Origin: Verrucomicrobiales bacterium
Lineage (GTDB): Bacteria > Verrucomicrobiota > Verrucomicrobiia > Verrucomicrobiales > V1-33
Reading direction: 5' to 3'
Assembly: GCA_031411295.1 (NCBI GenBank)
Contig: JANOAV010000044.1
Span: 5,946 to 69,945, forward strand
DNA length: 64,000 nucleotides
Each line of letters starts with the position of its first letter. Within the stretch, counting starts at the first letter, position 1. Below, piece after piece: positions 52,974 through 61,936 of the stretch. The notes beneath the pieces were generated by a model. That model was not told the origin of the DNA, did no database searches, and was given only the letters and a program-made list of their open reading frames with translations. The translations under genes were made by a program, and so were the position numbers.

Positions 52974-54377
52974 ATGCCTCAACAAACATTTCCAATCCTA
53001 CTCCTGCGCCTTTGCGCCATCATCGTCACCAGCTTCAGTCAAATGATTGCCGCAGAGCGTCCCAACGTCCTGCTCATCATGGCTGATGACCTGCGCGACT
53101 ACGGTGGGGCATTTACGCGTGAGGCGGTCAAGACGCCGAACTTGGATCGCCTGCGGGCCCGCGGGACCACCTTCGAGCGAGCCTATGTGCAATACCCAGT
53201 CTGCAACCCCAGTCGTTGTTCCATGCTGACGGGGCTGCGGGCCGAGCAAACGGGCATCGTCGGCAACGACCTCAAACTGCGCGCGAAGCAGCCCGACATC
53301 ATCACCCTGCCACAACTTTGCAAAACCGCTGGATGGCAGTCGCATGCCTTCGGCAAAATTTATCATCTCGGGGGAGGCAAAGACCCAGAAGCCAAACAGG
53401 CGTGGATGGACTCCGGAAAATCCTGGCACACGGCGCAAGCATTTGAAGCCACCAAGGCAGGGAAGCAAATGCTCGCTGGACGGAATGTTACTGGCGGCTC
53501 TCTCAACTGGTGCCAGTGGGGAGCCGCCGATGGCACTGATGACGACCAACCTGACGGCCAAATCGCTGCGGCCACAGTGGCCATGATTGAGAAGCTTGGT
53601 GATGCGCCATGGTTCATCGGCTGTGGATTCATGAAACCGCATGATCCCTTCATTGCCCCCAAGAAATATTTTGATCAGTATCCCCCAGAGTCCGTTAAGC
53701 CTTGGCGTGATCCGACTGACATGTCTCCGGCTCCCAAGGAAGCTGTGGGATTTGGCGCTTATGGTGAGGCCTTCGGCAAGTTTTCCGAGAAAGAATGGGG
53801 TGAGTTGTTCCGCGCTTATTGTGCCGCCACGACTTTCATGGACGCCCAACTCGGACGAGTGTTGGATGCGCTGGATAAAGGCAAGCTTTGGGATAAGACG
53901 CTCGTCATTTTCGTGGGTGACCACGGCTACCACACAGGCGAGCGGCATTGGTGGAATAAGAACACGTTGTTCGAGCGCGCTTGTCGCGCCCCGCTGATCA
54001 TTGCGGCACCGAAGATGAAGGGCGCGCAAGTTAGTAAATCCCTCGTCGAGTTCGTGGATCTTTACCCCACCGTCACTGACTTCTGTGGCCTGCAACCGCC
54101 CCACGCCACCGCCGGAGTGAGTTTGCGTCCGGTATTGGTAAAGCCAGATGCACTTCTGAAACAGGCCGCCTTCACACTTGTCACTCGGGGGCCGAAACTT
54201 TATGGGCAAAGCGTGCGCACTGCGCGCTGGCGATTCACGCGTTGGAGCGATGGTCAGTCAGAACTCTATGATCACGATCAGGACCCTGAGGAACTGCACA
54301 ATGTTGCCGACCAACATCCTAGCATTATCAACGAACTCACCCTGCACGTGCAAACCCTGCCGAAACTTAAACTATGA
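52974..54377 (+). CDS. Cys-type sulfatase (iduronate-2-sulfatase-like)
   Basis: Signal peptide. RPNVLLIMADDLRDYG and CNPSRCSMLTG (formylglycine motif). Confidence 0.88.
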   Translation: MPQQTFPILLLRLCAIIVTSFSQMIAAERPNVLLIMADDLRDYGGAFTREAVKTPNLDRLRARGTTFERAYVQYPVCNPSRCSMLTGLRAEQTGIVGNDLKLRAKQPDIITLPQLCKTAGWQSHAFGKIYHLGGGKDPEAKQAWMDSGKSWHTAQAFEATKAGKQMLAGRNVTGGSLNWCQWGAADGTDDDQPDGQIAAATVAMIEKLGDAPWFIGCGFMKPHDPFIAPKKYFDQYPPESVKPWRDPTDMSPAPKEAVGFGAYGEAFGKFSEKEWGELFRAYCAATTFMDAQLGRVLDALDKGKLWDKTLVIFVGDHGYHTGERHWWNKNTLFERACRAPLIIAAPKMKGAQVSKSLVEFVDLYPTVTDFCGLQPPHATAGVSLRPVLVKPDALLKQAAFTLVTRGPKLYGQSVRTARWRFTRWSDGQSELYDHDQDPEELHNVADQHPSIINELTLHVQTLPKLKL

Positions 54378-57076
54378 AGTGCACGATCACACTCATTACC
54401 GGCCTGCTCGCGCCGCTGGCCGCGCTGCACGCAGCCGACAACGCCAGGAAGTCCGGCCAGGAAAACGGGTCGCCCGTTCACAAAAATGGTCCCGGGACGA
54501 TCAACCGCGATGGCGATGCGGTCGAGTTGGGCAACGGTTTGGTGAAAGCGCGGTGCGAACCGCAGGCTGGCGCGGTCCGGCAAAGATTCTTCGCCCGTCG
54601 GGAGGGGGGCTGGGTCTTGGTGGCCGAGTCCTTTCGCCCGCCCCGTCCGTTTCCCGAAGGCGGCAACAAGCTCTTCCAAAGCGATGCCGCCGCGGCGCGC
54701 TGGCTCGTCAGCGAGGTTTTGACGAACGTCGAAGCAGCCACCGCAGCGGATGGCACGCCGCTCATCCGACTCAGCGGGCTGCAACGGGAGGCTTCCGTGG
54801 AGCAAACGATCCGTTTGCCATCAAGCGGACGGAATTTCCATATCGAAGTCTCCGCCCGCATCCCCGGCACCGCCCCGAAGCTCGACTACCTGCTCTCGAC
54901 CTTCACCTTCGAATTGGATCGCGTGCCGGAGTTCGTCCACACGCCGACGCTCAAATACACCGAGCCGCGCTGGCCCGGCGCGGGTCGCGATCAGGTGCTC
55001 GGGGACCGCTCCTTCCACGCTCCGGCGGTAATCCTCCAGGATGCGGGGCTCTTCGCCGCCCTCGTGCCCGACCTCGCGGCAATCAACGCCTATCGCGTCG
55101 TCTCGCCAGATGCGCGTCGCACGATGAATGTGCCGCGAAACCAATTCTCGGTTCCCGTAGAACCAGACAAATACACCATGCCAACTGCGCTGGACCTGAA
55201 TGCCGCCTCCGGCCTCACCGCAAAGCGAATTATGTCCTTCGGCATGATGGATAACGTCGTCTCGCACCATGTTCGGTATTTGCGGTCGAATGATGGCGCG
55301 ATGGCCCGCACGTTGGCGCAGTCGGATGTGCGTTACGCATTCGATATTTTCGTTAGTGCCGATGCGCCTGCGCAGCGCGGCTATCAGGACATCACACGGT
55401 TTCAGTGGGAGCGTTACGGTCACAAAGTTTTTGCCGAACGACCACATCTGGCGATGCCCTTTGCCGAGTATGTGCGCGTCACCACCGCAGCGAACCTCAA
55501 GCCACTCGGCAAGGTGCATCCGCCCGTGGCCGGCGTGCCCGACACCGGTTCGTTCCTTTCTTTCGACCTGCAAGGGCAGCCCGTGGGCGGCTATGGCAGC
55601 CCGGTTCCCTCCATGCACGACATGTTGAGCAATAGCGAATTCTGGAACAACGTCCGGGATGCCGTGGGGATGTATGAATGGGGCAAACGCTGCGGCAATG
55701 CACAGTTCGTGGACATGGCACAACGCACCATCAACCTCGCGTTGCTCGCGCCACAGGATGCGCGCGGCATGTTCCCGCTGAACTACCGGGTCGGTTCGGG
55801 AAAGTGGGTGAAGTCGATGTTCACCGCCGCGCCGGGCAAACCGTCGCAACTCTTCTCCGCCGTGAATGACGAGGGCGACACCTACGACGTGGTGGCCATG
55901 AGCCGCACCGCAGCCCACCTGCTGAATTACTACCAGCGCTGTGGGCAGGACGCGCGCATCTTGGACTTTGCGACCCGATACGCGGATGGCTTGCTGCTGC
56001 TGGTGGATGCCGAGGGTGCCGTGCCCTCGTATGTCTCGGCCACCAACCACACGCCCTACGCTCCACTCGCCCGCAGCGCTCAGGACGCCACCACCATGCA
56101 GTTCCTGGCCGAACTTTCCCGCATCACCAAACAACCGCGCTATCTTGAAGCCGCGCGACGCATCGGTGACCGGCTGATCCGCGAAGTCCTACCGAACCAA
56201 TTGTGGAAGGATCTCGAGCAATACTACTCCTGCGGTGCCAAACCGCTGGACTTCGCTGGCGACACCGAACAGGGCCAGCCCGCGCAGGGTAACCTCTCGA
56301 CTTATTGGGCGGCCGATGGTTTCGCGGCGCTCTACCGCGCCACCGAGGACAAACGATACCTCGACGCCGGCGAGCGCTGCGTGGACTACCTCACGTTCAG
56401 CCAGTGCTGCTGGGAGCCGCATTTCATCTACACCGCGTTTCCCTTCGGCGGCATCACCGCGGACAACGCCGACACCGCAAATTTCCTGGACGCGCGCCAG
56501 TGTGAAGCGGTCGCGCCGCTGGCGTGGTATGGGCGCACGCTGGGCCGGCAGGATTTGCTGGAGCGGGCCGTCGCCGCCGCGCGCTCGTCGGTGGTGCTCA
56601 TCAACCATCCGCGTCACCAGGGCGCGAACAACATCTACCGGCACACAAACCTTTACCCGGTCGGGCTTGGCCCGGAGAACATTGACCACGAAGGCCACCC
56701 GCAATCCGCCATGCGCACCCACCCAAGCTGGGGCGAAGCCTCGGGAGTGTTCACCGGTTTGGCCGAAGCCCTCGCGCAACTGGGCGGCGCGTATGTGGAC
56801 CTGGAGCGGAAGCTCGCCGTCGGTGTTGACGGGCTGCGCATTGACTCGGCTGCGCTCGACGGCCGGAGCCTCGGACTCGCCGTTGTCGCGTCGCTCGCCA
56901 AACTGTCACAACCTTGGGATCAAGCCTACCAAACGGAACTGCGCGTCGTGGGATTGAAGCCGGGGAAATACCAACTGGTGATCAACGATGAACCGGCGGT
57001 CGAAATGACCGCGGAAGAGCTAAGCCACTGTTCGCTGACCGTGCCACCCGATGGAAAGGTGCGGGCAGGACGATGA
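54374..57076 (+). CDS. Secreted 900-aa protein of unknown function; the C-terminal half looks like an (alpha/alpha) toroid (possible glycoside hydrolase or lyase)
   Basis: ATGA overlap with the upstream sulfatase. Signal peptide MKCTITLITGLLAPLAALHA. Repeated helix-hairpin segments (AAHLLNYYQRCG…, MQFLAELSRITKQPRYLEAARRIGDRL, DGFAALYRATEDKRYLDAGERCVDYL, APLAWYGRTLGRQDLLERAVAAA). No family recognised. Confidence 0.6.
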   Translation: MKCTITLITGLLAPLAALHAADNARKSGQENGSPVHKNGPGTINRDGDAVELGNGLVKARCEPQAGAVRQRFFARREGGWVLVAESFRPPRPFPEGGNKLFQSDAAAARWLVSEVLTNVEAATAADGTPLIRLSGLQREASVEQTIRLPSSGRNFHIEVSARIPGTAPKLDYLLSTFTFELDRVPEFVHTPTLKYTEPRWPGAGRDQVLGDRSFHAPAVILQDAGLFAALVPDLAAINAYRVVSPDARRTMNVPRNQFSVPVEPDKYTMPTALDLNAASGLTAKRIMSFGMMDNVVSHHVRYLRSNDGAMARTLAQSDVRYAFDIFVSADAPAQRGYQDITRFQWERYGHKVFAERPHLAMPFAEYVRVTTAANLKPLGKVHPPVAGVPDTGSFLSFDLQGQPVGGYGSPVPSMHDMLSNSEFWNNVRDAVGMYEWGKRCGNAQFVDMAQRTINLALLAPQDARGMFPLNYRVGSGKWVKSMFTAAPGKPSQLFSAVNDEGDTYDVVAMSRTAAHLLNYYQRCGQDARILDFATRYADGLLLLVDAEGAVPSYVSATNHTPYAPLARSAQDATTMQFLAELSRITKQPRYLEAARRIGDRLIREVLPNQLWKDLEQYYSCGAKPLDFAGDTEQGQPAQGNLSTYWAADGFAALYRATEDKRYLDAGERCVDYLTFSQCCWEPHFIYTAFPFGGITADNADTANFLDARQCEAVAPLAWYGRTLGRQDLLERAVAAARSSVVLINHPRHQGANNIYRHTNLYPVGLGPENIDHEGHPQSAMRTHPSWGEASGVFTGLAEALAQLGGAYVDLERKLAVGVDGLRIDSAALDGRSLGLAVVASLAKLSQPWDQAYQTELRVVGLKPGKYQLVINDEPAVEMTAEELSHCSLTVPPDGKVRAGR

Positions 57077-57138
57077 GCACGCACTCTCCTTTCGGGGAAA
57101 CCCCATACAGCGTGAAATACATCAACCAAAAAAAACAC

Positions 57139-58740
57139 ATGAATAGGCTCGTATTCCTAACTTATCTCACAGCTCTGCTCCTTGCGCCGCTGGCTGCGCT
57201 GGCAGCCTCCGACTCACTACAGCCTGCCTCGGCGGCAAAGCCGAACATTGTCTTCATCCTCATCAATGACATGCCGTGGTTCGGCACGCCGGTGCGGATG
57301 GAGGCGGACAATCCGGCCTCGGCCATGGCTTTTAGGAACATGCCCAATGTCCAGAAACTGGCCGCCCAAGGCATGACCTTCCGCAATGCGCGGGCTGCCG
57401 CTGGGATGTGCGCCCCCTCGCGCTGCTCCCTCATGACCGGGATGATGACGGCGCATCACCTCTACAGCGGCAATGGTGGATTTGGAGAGAAGACGGATGG
57501 CACCGTCAAATACATGTCCCGCAAAGCAGATGCCACGCTGCCACTGCTCTATCCGGAACCGCAGGGCAACATTCGGTTTCCGTCCATTGGCGAGGTGTTG
57601 AAAACCTCGGGTTACGCCACGGCCCACTTTGGTAAATGGCATCTCTATGGCGGCGGTCCTGAAAAACACGGCTTCGACGAAAGTGATGGTGAAACCGACA
57701 ACAAAACTTTCCGCCCGAATGACCCGGTGATCGGAAAGAAGACTGATACTTCCGAAGATCCGAAGTTCATCTTCAGTATTACCAAGCGCAGTGTGGACTT
57801 CATGGAACGCCAGACCAAGGCGGGCAAACCTTTCTTTGTGCAACTTTCCCACTATGCGACACATGCCGCCTATCAGGCCCGCAAGGCCACGTTGGAGAAA
57901 AACGAAAAGAACCCGGTGTTCGCGAAGATCGAGAGCAAACGCGAGCGGGCGAATGCCATTCTTTGCGCAGCCATGGCCGAAGACCTCGATACCTCCATCG
58001 GCATGGTGATGGCAAAGTTGGATGAACTGGGCATTGCCCAGAACACGATCGTCGTGTTTACTGCTGACAACGGCTACCAAGGTTGGAACGAAACGCATGA
58101 TCCTCTGCGCGGTGGCAAGTGGTGGCTCTGGGAAGATGGCGTGCGGGTGCCGCTCATCATCCGTGGGCCGGGCATTCCGGCCGCTTCACGCAGTGCGTTC
58201 AACGTGGCTGGCTACGATTTCCTGCCCACCTTCGCTGATTTTGCGGGAGCCGCGAGCCATCAATCCAAGGACGTGGACGGCATTAGTCTAAAGCCCGTGT
58301 TGCTGAATCAGCCACTGCCGGAAAGTCTGACCAATCGCGCGCTCTACTTCCACTATCCGCACTATCGCGTCTCGCCACCCTGCTCAGCCATTGTGCAGGG
58401 CGACATGAAATTACTGCACTTCTACGAGTGGCCGGACGAGTCCTTTCTTTACAACCTAACGAGCGATCTGGGAGAGCGCAGCAATCTGGCCAAAGCCAAA
58501 CCCGAGGTCGCAGCCAAGATGCAACAGGACCTGATGGAACGACTAAAGTCCGTCGGCGGTTACTTCCCGAAACCCAATCCGCAGGCTGATCCGCAAGCCA
58601 AGCGCTACGATCCAAATAACCTTGCCGATCAAGGTGAAGCAGGCGATCCCGATGCTGACGGAGATGAGAATAAACCCGCTGTAAAACCCCAGAAGGAGAA
58701 GCCGAAAAAGAAAGCAGGAAAAACTGAAACCAGTAAGTGA
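57139..58740 (+). CDS. Cys-type sulfatase
   Basis: Signal peptide. KPNIVFILINDM and CAPSRCSLMTG. Lys/Pro-rich C-terminal tail. Confidence 0.88.
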   Translation: MNRLVFLTYLTALLLAPLAALAASDSLQPASAAKPNIVFILINDMPWFGTPVRMEADNPASAMAFRNMPNVQKLAAQGMTFRNARAAAGMCAPSRCSLMTGMMTAHHLYSGNGGFGEKTDGTVKYMSRKADATLPLLYPEPQGNIRFPSIGEVLKTSGYATAHFGKWHLYGGGPEKHGFDESDGETDNKTFRPNDPVIGKKTDTSEDPKFIFSITKRSVDFMERQTKAGKPFFVQLSHYATHAAYQARKATLEKNEKNPVFAKIESKRERANAILCAAMAEDLDTSIGMVMAKLDELGIAQNTIVVFTADNGYQGWNETHDPLRGGKWWLWEDGVRVPLIIRGPGIPAASRSAFNVAGYDFLPTFADFAGAASHQSKDVDGISLKPVLLNQPLPESLTNRALYFHYPHYRVSPPCSAIVQGDMKLLHFYEWPDESFLYNLTSDLGERSNLAKAKPEVAAKMQQDLMERLKSVGGYFPKPNPQADPQAKRYDPNNLADQGEAGDPDADGDENKPAVKPQKEKPKKKAGKTETSK

Positions 58741-58781
58741 CTGCGGCAACAAGTCTTGATTATCCTAACGATTGAATCCAA

Positions 58782-60287
58782 ATGAAGAACCCCATTATCC
58801 TACTCACCGCCCTGCTGCTGACATCGCTGCCCGCCGCCGAGGGCCAGCCTGCAAAGCCTGTCGCCAAGCCGAACATCATCTTTATCATGGCGGATGATCT
58901 TGGATGGACGGACACCGCAACCTACGGCAGCAAATACTACGAAACGCCAAATATTGACCGGCTCGCGACGCAGGGCATTCAGCTCCTGAGCCATCATCAT
59001 TGTCAGAATTGCACCCCCACCCGCGCGGCCTTGATGAGCGGGCAGTATGGTGCCCGCACCGGCGTATATACTGTCGGTGGCATCGGTCGCTTCGACTGGA
59101 GCGCGCGTCCCCTGCGGCCCGTGGACAACGTCACCGAACTGCCCCTCGACCGTGATATCATTGCGAAGCAACTGAAGGCCGGCGGATACGCGACGGGGAT
59201 GTTTGGCAAATGGCACATTGGCGAAAGCGGCGAGTTTCATCCAGGCAACCGGGGCTTCGATGAAGCCATCGTCAGTATGGGCGTCCATTTCAATTTCAAA
59301 ACCAACCCGAAGACCGATTATCCGAAGGGCGAATACCTCGCGGACTTCCTCACTGACAAAGCGGTGGATTTCATCACTCGTCACAAGGACGAACCGTTCT
59401 TCCTCTACCTGCCGCATTTCGGCGTGCATTCGCCACACCAAGCGAAGGCGGATCTCATCGCGAAGTTCAAGCCCAAGCCCGGTGTCGGCGGTCACAACGA
59501 TCCGACTTACGCTGCCATGATCGCCAGCGTGGACGAGAGCGTGGGCCGCGTGATGAAGACGCTCGATGATTTGAAACTTGCCGACAACACCGTGCTCATC
59601 TTCACGAGCGACAACGGCGGCGTGGGTGGTTACGATCGCCCCGACGGCGTCATTCGTGAGCCGGGCAAGGAGGTTAAGCCCAAGCAGAAAGCGGACGACG
59701 AAGACGGCGGAGGGATCACCGACAACGCCCCGCTCCGCAGCGGCAAGGGCAGCCTCTACGAAGGCGGCACGCGCGAGCCGTTCATCGTCCGCTGGCCGGG
59801 TGTGACGAAACCCGGCTCCACATGCGAAGTGCCGACTGCTCACGTGGATATCTTTCCCACCTTCCTTGAACTGGGCTCCGCGCCAAAACCGCGTCAGGTG
59901 CTCGACGGTGAGAGTTTGGTGAAACTCTTCCGCGATCCAGCAGCGAAGCTCCAGCGCGACGCCATTTTCCAGCATTTCCCAGGCTATCTCGGTTACGGCG
60001 CTAACAGCTGGCGGACCACGCCAGTCAGCCTGATTCAAATGGGCGATTGGAAACTCATGGAGTATCTTGAGGACGGAAAGCTGGAGCTTTATAACCTCCA
60101 TGACGACATTGGCGAAACGAAGAACCTCGCGATGGAAATGCCAGACAAAGCAAAAGAACTCCACGTCCGTCTCGTCGCTTGGCGCAAGGAAGTCAACGCG
60201 CCGATGCCGACCAAGAACGACGGAGCCGCAGCCGGTGATCCTGCGAAGAAAAAGGGGAAGGGCAAAGGGAAGGCGAAGGAGGAGTAA
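58782..60287 (+). CDS. Cys-type sulfatase (arylsulfatase A-like)
   Basis: Signal peptide. KPNIIFIMADDLGWTD and CTPTRAALMSG. Lys/Gly-rich tail. Confidence 0.9.
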   Translation: MKNPIILLTALLLTSLPAAEGQPAKPVAKPNIIFIMADDLGWTDTATYGSKYYETPNIDRLATQGIQLLSHHHCQNCTPTRAALMSGQYGARTGVYTVGGIGRFDWSARPLRPVDNVTELPLDRDIIAKQLKAGGYATGMFGKWHIGESGEFHPGNRGFDEAIVSMGVHFNFKTNPKTDYPKGEYLADFLTDKAVDFITRHKDEPFFLYLPHFGVHSPHQAKADLIAKFKPKPGVGGHNDPTYAAMIASVDESVGRVMKTLDDLKLADNTVLIFTSDNGGVGGYDRPDGVIREPGKEVKPKQKADDEDGGGITDNAPLRSGKGSLYEGGTREPFIVRWPGVTKPGSTCEVPTAHVDIFPTFLELGSAPKPRQVLDGESLVKLFRDPAAKLQRDAIFQHFPGYLGYGANSWRTTPVSLIQMGDWKLMEYLEDGKLELYNLHDDIGETKNLAMEMPDKAKELHVRLVAWRKEVNAPMPTKNDGAAAGDPAKKKGKGKGKAKEE

Positions 60288-60345
60288 ATCTTTTAGACCA
60301 AGCCAGCCAGACCACGTTCCCATACCACTTATCCCTAACTGCATC

Positions 60346-61902
60346 ATGAAACACCTCCTAACGCTCGCTCTGCTGTTCGTTTCCCTAGCCGCGCTCAATG
60401 CCGCTGACCGCAAGCCGAACGTCGTCCTGATCCTCATCGACGACTTCGGCTACGAATGCGTTACGGCCAACGGGGGTGAAAGCTACCGGACGCCCGTGAT
60501 GGACAAGCTCACTGCGACTGGTGTGCGCTTCGAGCAATGCCATGCGCAGCCGCTCTGCACGCCGACGCGTGCGCAGTTGATGACCGGAATTGGCAATTGT
60601 CGCAATTACACACGCTTCGGCCATCTCGATCCCTCGCAAAAGACGTTTGGTAATCTGCTCAAGGGTGCTGGTTACGCGACTTGCATCACGGGTAAGTGGC
60701 AACTCAAGGGAGATTTCGAAGGCCCCGCGCATTTCGGCTTCGATGAATACGCGCTTTGGCAACTCACGCGTCGTCCGGGTCGCTACCAGAATCCTGGCCT
60801 CGAGATCAACGGCAAGCTCCACGACTACACGCAGAACGAATACGGTCCCGATATCGTGAACGATTACGCGCTTGATTTCATCACGCGCAAGAAAGACGCG
60901 CCGTTTTTCCTGTATTACCCGATGATGCTCACGCACTCGCCTTATGATGCGACGCCCGACAGTCCGGATTATCTGGAAGCAAAGGCTCGCAAAGAAAAGG
61001 GCAAGGGAGGTTCGGGACATTTCCCGGACATGGTTGCCTACACTGACAAACTCATCGGCAAGCTGGTCGCCAAACTGGAAGAACTGAAGCTGCGCGACAA
61101 CACGCTCATCCTCATCCTCGGGGACAACGGCACGGGCAAGGGCACGCCGTCTCGTTTCAAGGGGCGCGATGTTGTCGGCGGCAAAAGCACGCCCACGATG
61201 TGGGGCACGCATGTGCCAGGCATCGGCAACTGGCCCGGCCAATTCGCCAACGGCAAGGTCTCTACTGACATGATCGACACTACGGATTTTCTGCCAACTA
61301 TTTGCGAGGCCACCGGCACCGCGGTTCCCGCAGAGTTGAAAATTGACGGCCGCAGTTTCCTGCCGCAACTGCGCGGGGAAAAAGGCAATCCGCGCGACGG
61401 GCTTTATGTTTGGTATAATCCCAGTGGCGGACCAACTGCCAAGTTCGAGTTCGCGCACGACCAGAACTACAAGCTCTACAGCGACGGCAAGTTCTTCCAT
61501 GTGGCGAAGGATGATCTCGAAAAATTCCCTCTCGCAGCCGACGCGCTCGATGACAACGCCAAGGCCGCCAAGGTGAAACTGCAAGCCTTACTCGATCAGC
61601 ACAAGGGCCCACGGGCCGCAGATTTCGCGAAGCAGGGTGAAGCCTTCGGCGGTGAAACAAGCGAGGATGCAGCTGCAAAAAAGACGCCGCAAGGTGCGAC
61701 GAAAACGCAACCCAAGGAGGAGGCCGATCCCATGGTGGCTCGTTTCGGACAACGGGATCTCAATCACGATAACAAATTGAGTTGGGACGAATTCGAGAAA
61801 ACTGCGTCAGGCAAGAGTGGTGTCAAAGCACGGTTTGAAATGTTCGATTCCGACAAGGATGGATTCGTCTCGCGCGAGGAATTCTTGAAACCCAGCAAAT
61901 AA
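60346..61902 (+). CDS. Cys-type sulfatase with a C-terminal EF-hand pair
   Basis: Signal peptide MKHLLTLALLFVSLAALNA. KPNVVLILIDDFG and CTPTRAQLMTG. The C-terminus carries DLNHDNKLSWDEF and DSDKDGFVSREEF calcium-binding loops. Confidence 0.88.
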   Translation: MKHLLTLALLFVSLAALNAADRKPNVVLILIDDFGYECVTANGGESYRTPVMDKLTATGVRFEQCHAQPLCTPTRAQLMTGIGNCRNYTRFGHLDPSQKTFGNLLKGAGYATCITGKWQLKGDFEGPAHFGFDEYALWQLTRRPGRYQNPGLEINGKLHDYTQNEYGPDIVNDYALDFITRKKDAPFFLYYPMMLTHSPYDATPDSPDYLEAKARKEKGKGGSGHFPDMVAYTDKLIGKLVAKLEELKLRDNTLILILGDNGTGKGTPSRFKGRDVVGGKSTPTMWGTHVPGIGNWPGQFANGKVSTDMIDTTDFLPTICEATGTAVPAELKIDGRSFLPQLRGEKGNPRDGLYVWYNPSGGPTAKFEFAHDQNYKLYSDGKFFHVAKDDLEKFPLAADALDDNAKAAKVKLQALLDQHKGPRAADFAKQGEAFGGETSEDAAAKKTPQGATKTQPKEEADPMVARFGQRDLNHDNKLSWDEFEKTASGKSGVKARFEMFDSDKDGFVSREEFLKPSK

Positions 61903-61936
61903 CGGCACCCGGTCCAAACCAATTCAATTTGATCAG

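Noticed and set aside
52998-61584. Several long antisense ORFs (52998-54209, 54821-56134, 58800-60437, 60385-61584) and the Arg-rich plus-strand ORF 54178-55254.
   Set aside because: Each overlaps a sense-strand gene with clear sulfatase motifs or the signal-bearing 900-aa ORF. Their translations are Arg/Gly/His-rich with no recognisable domains.
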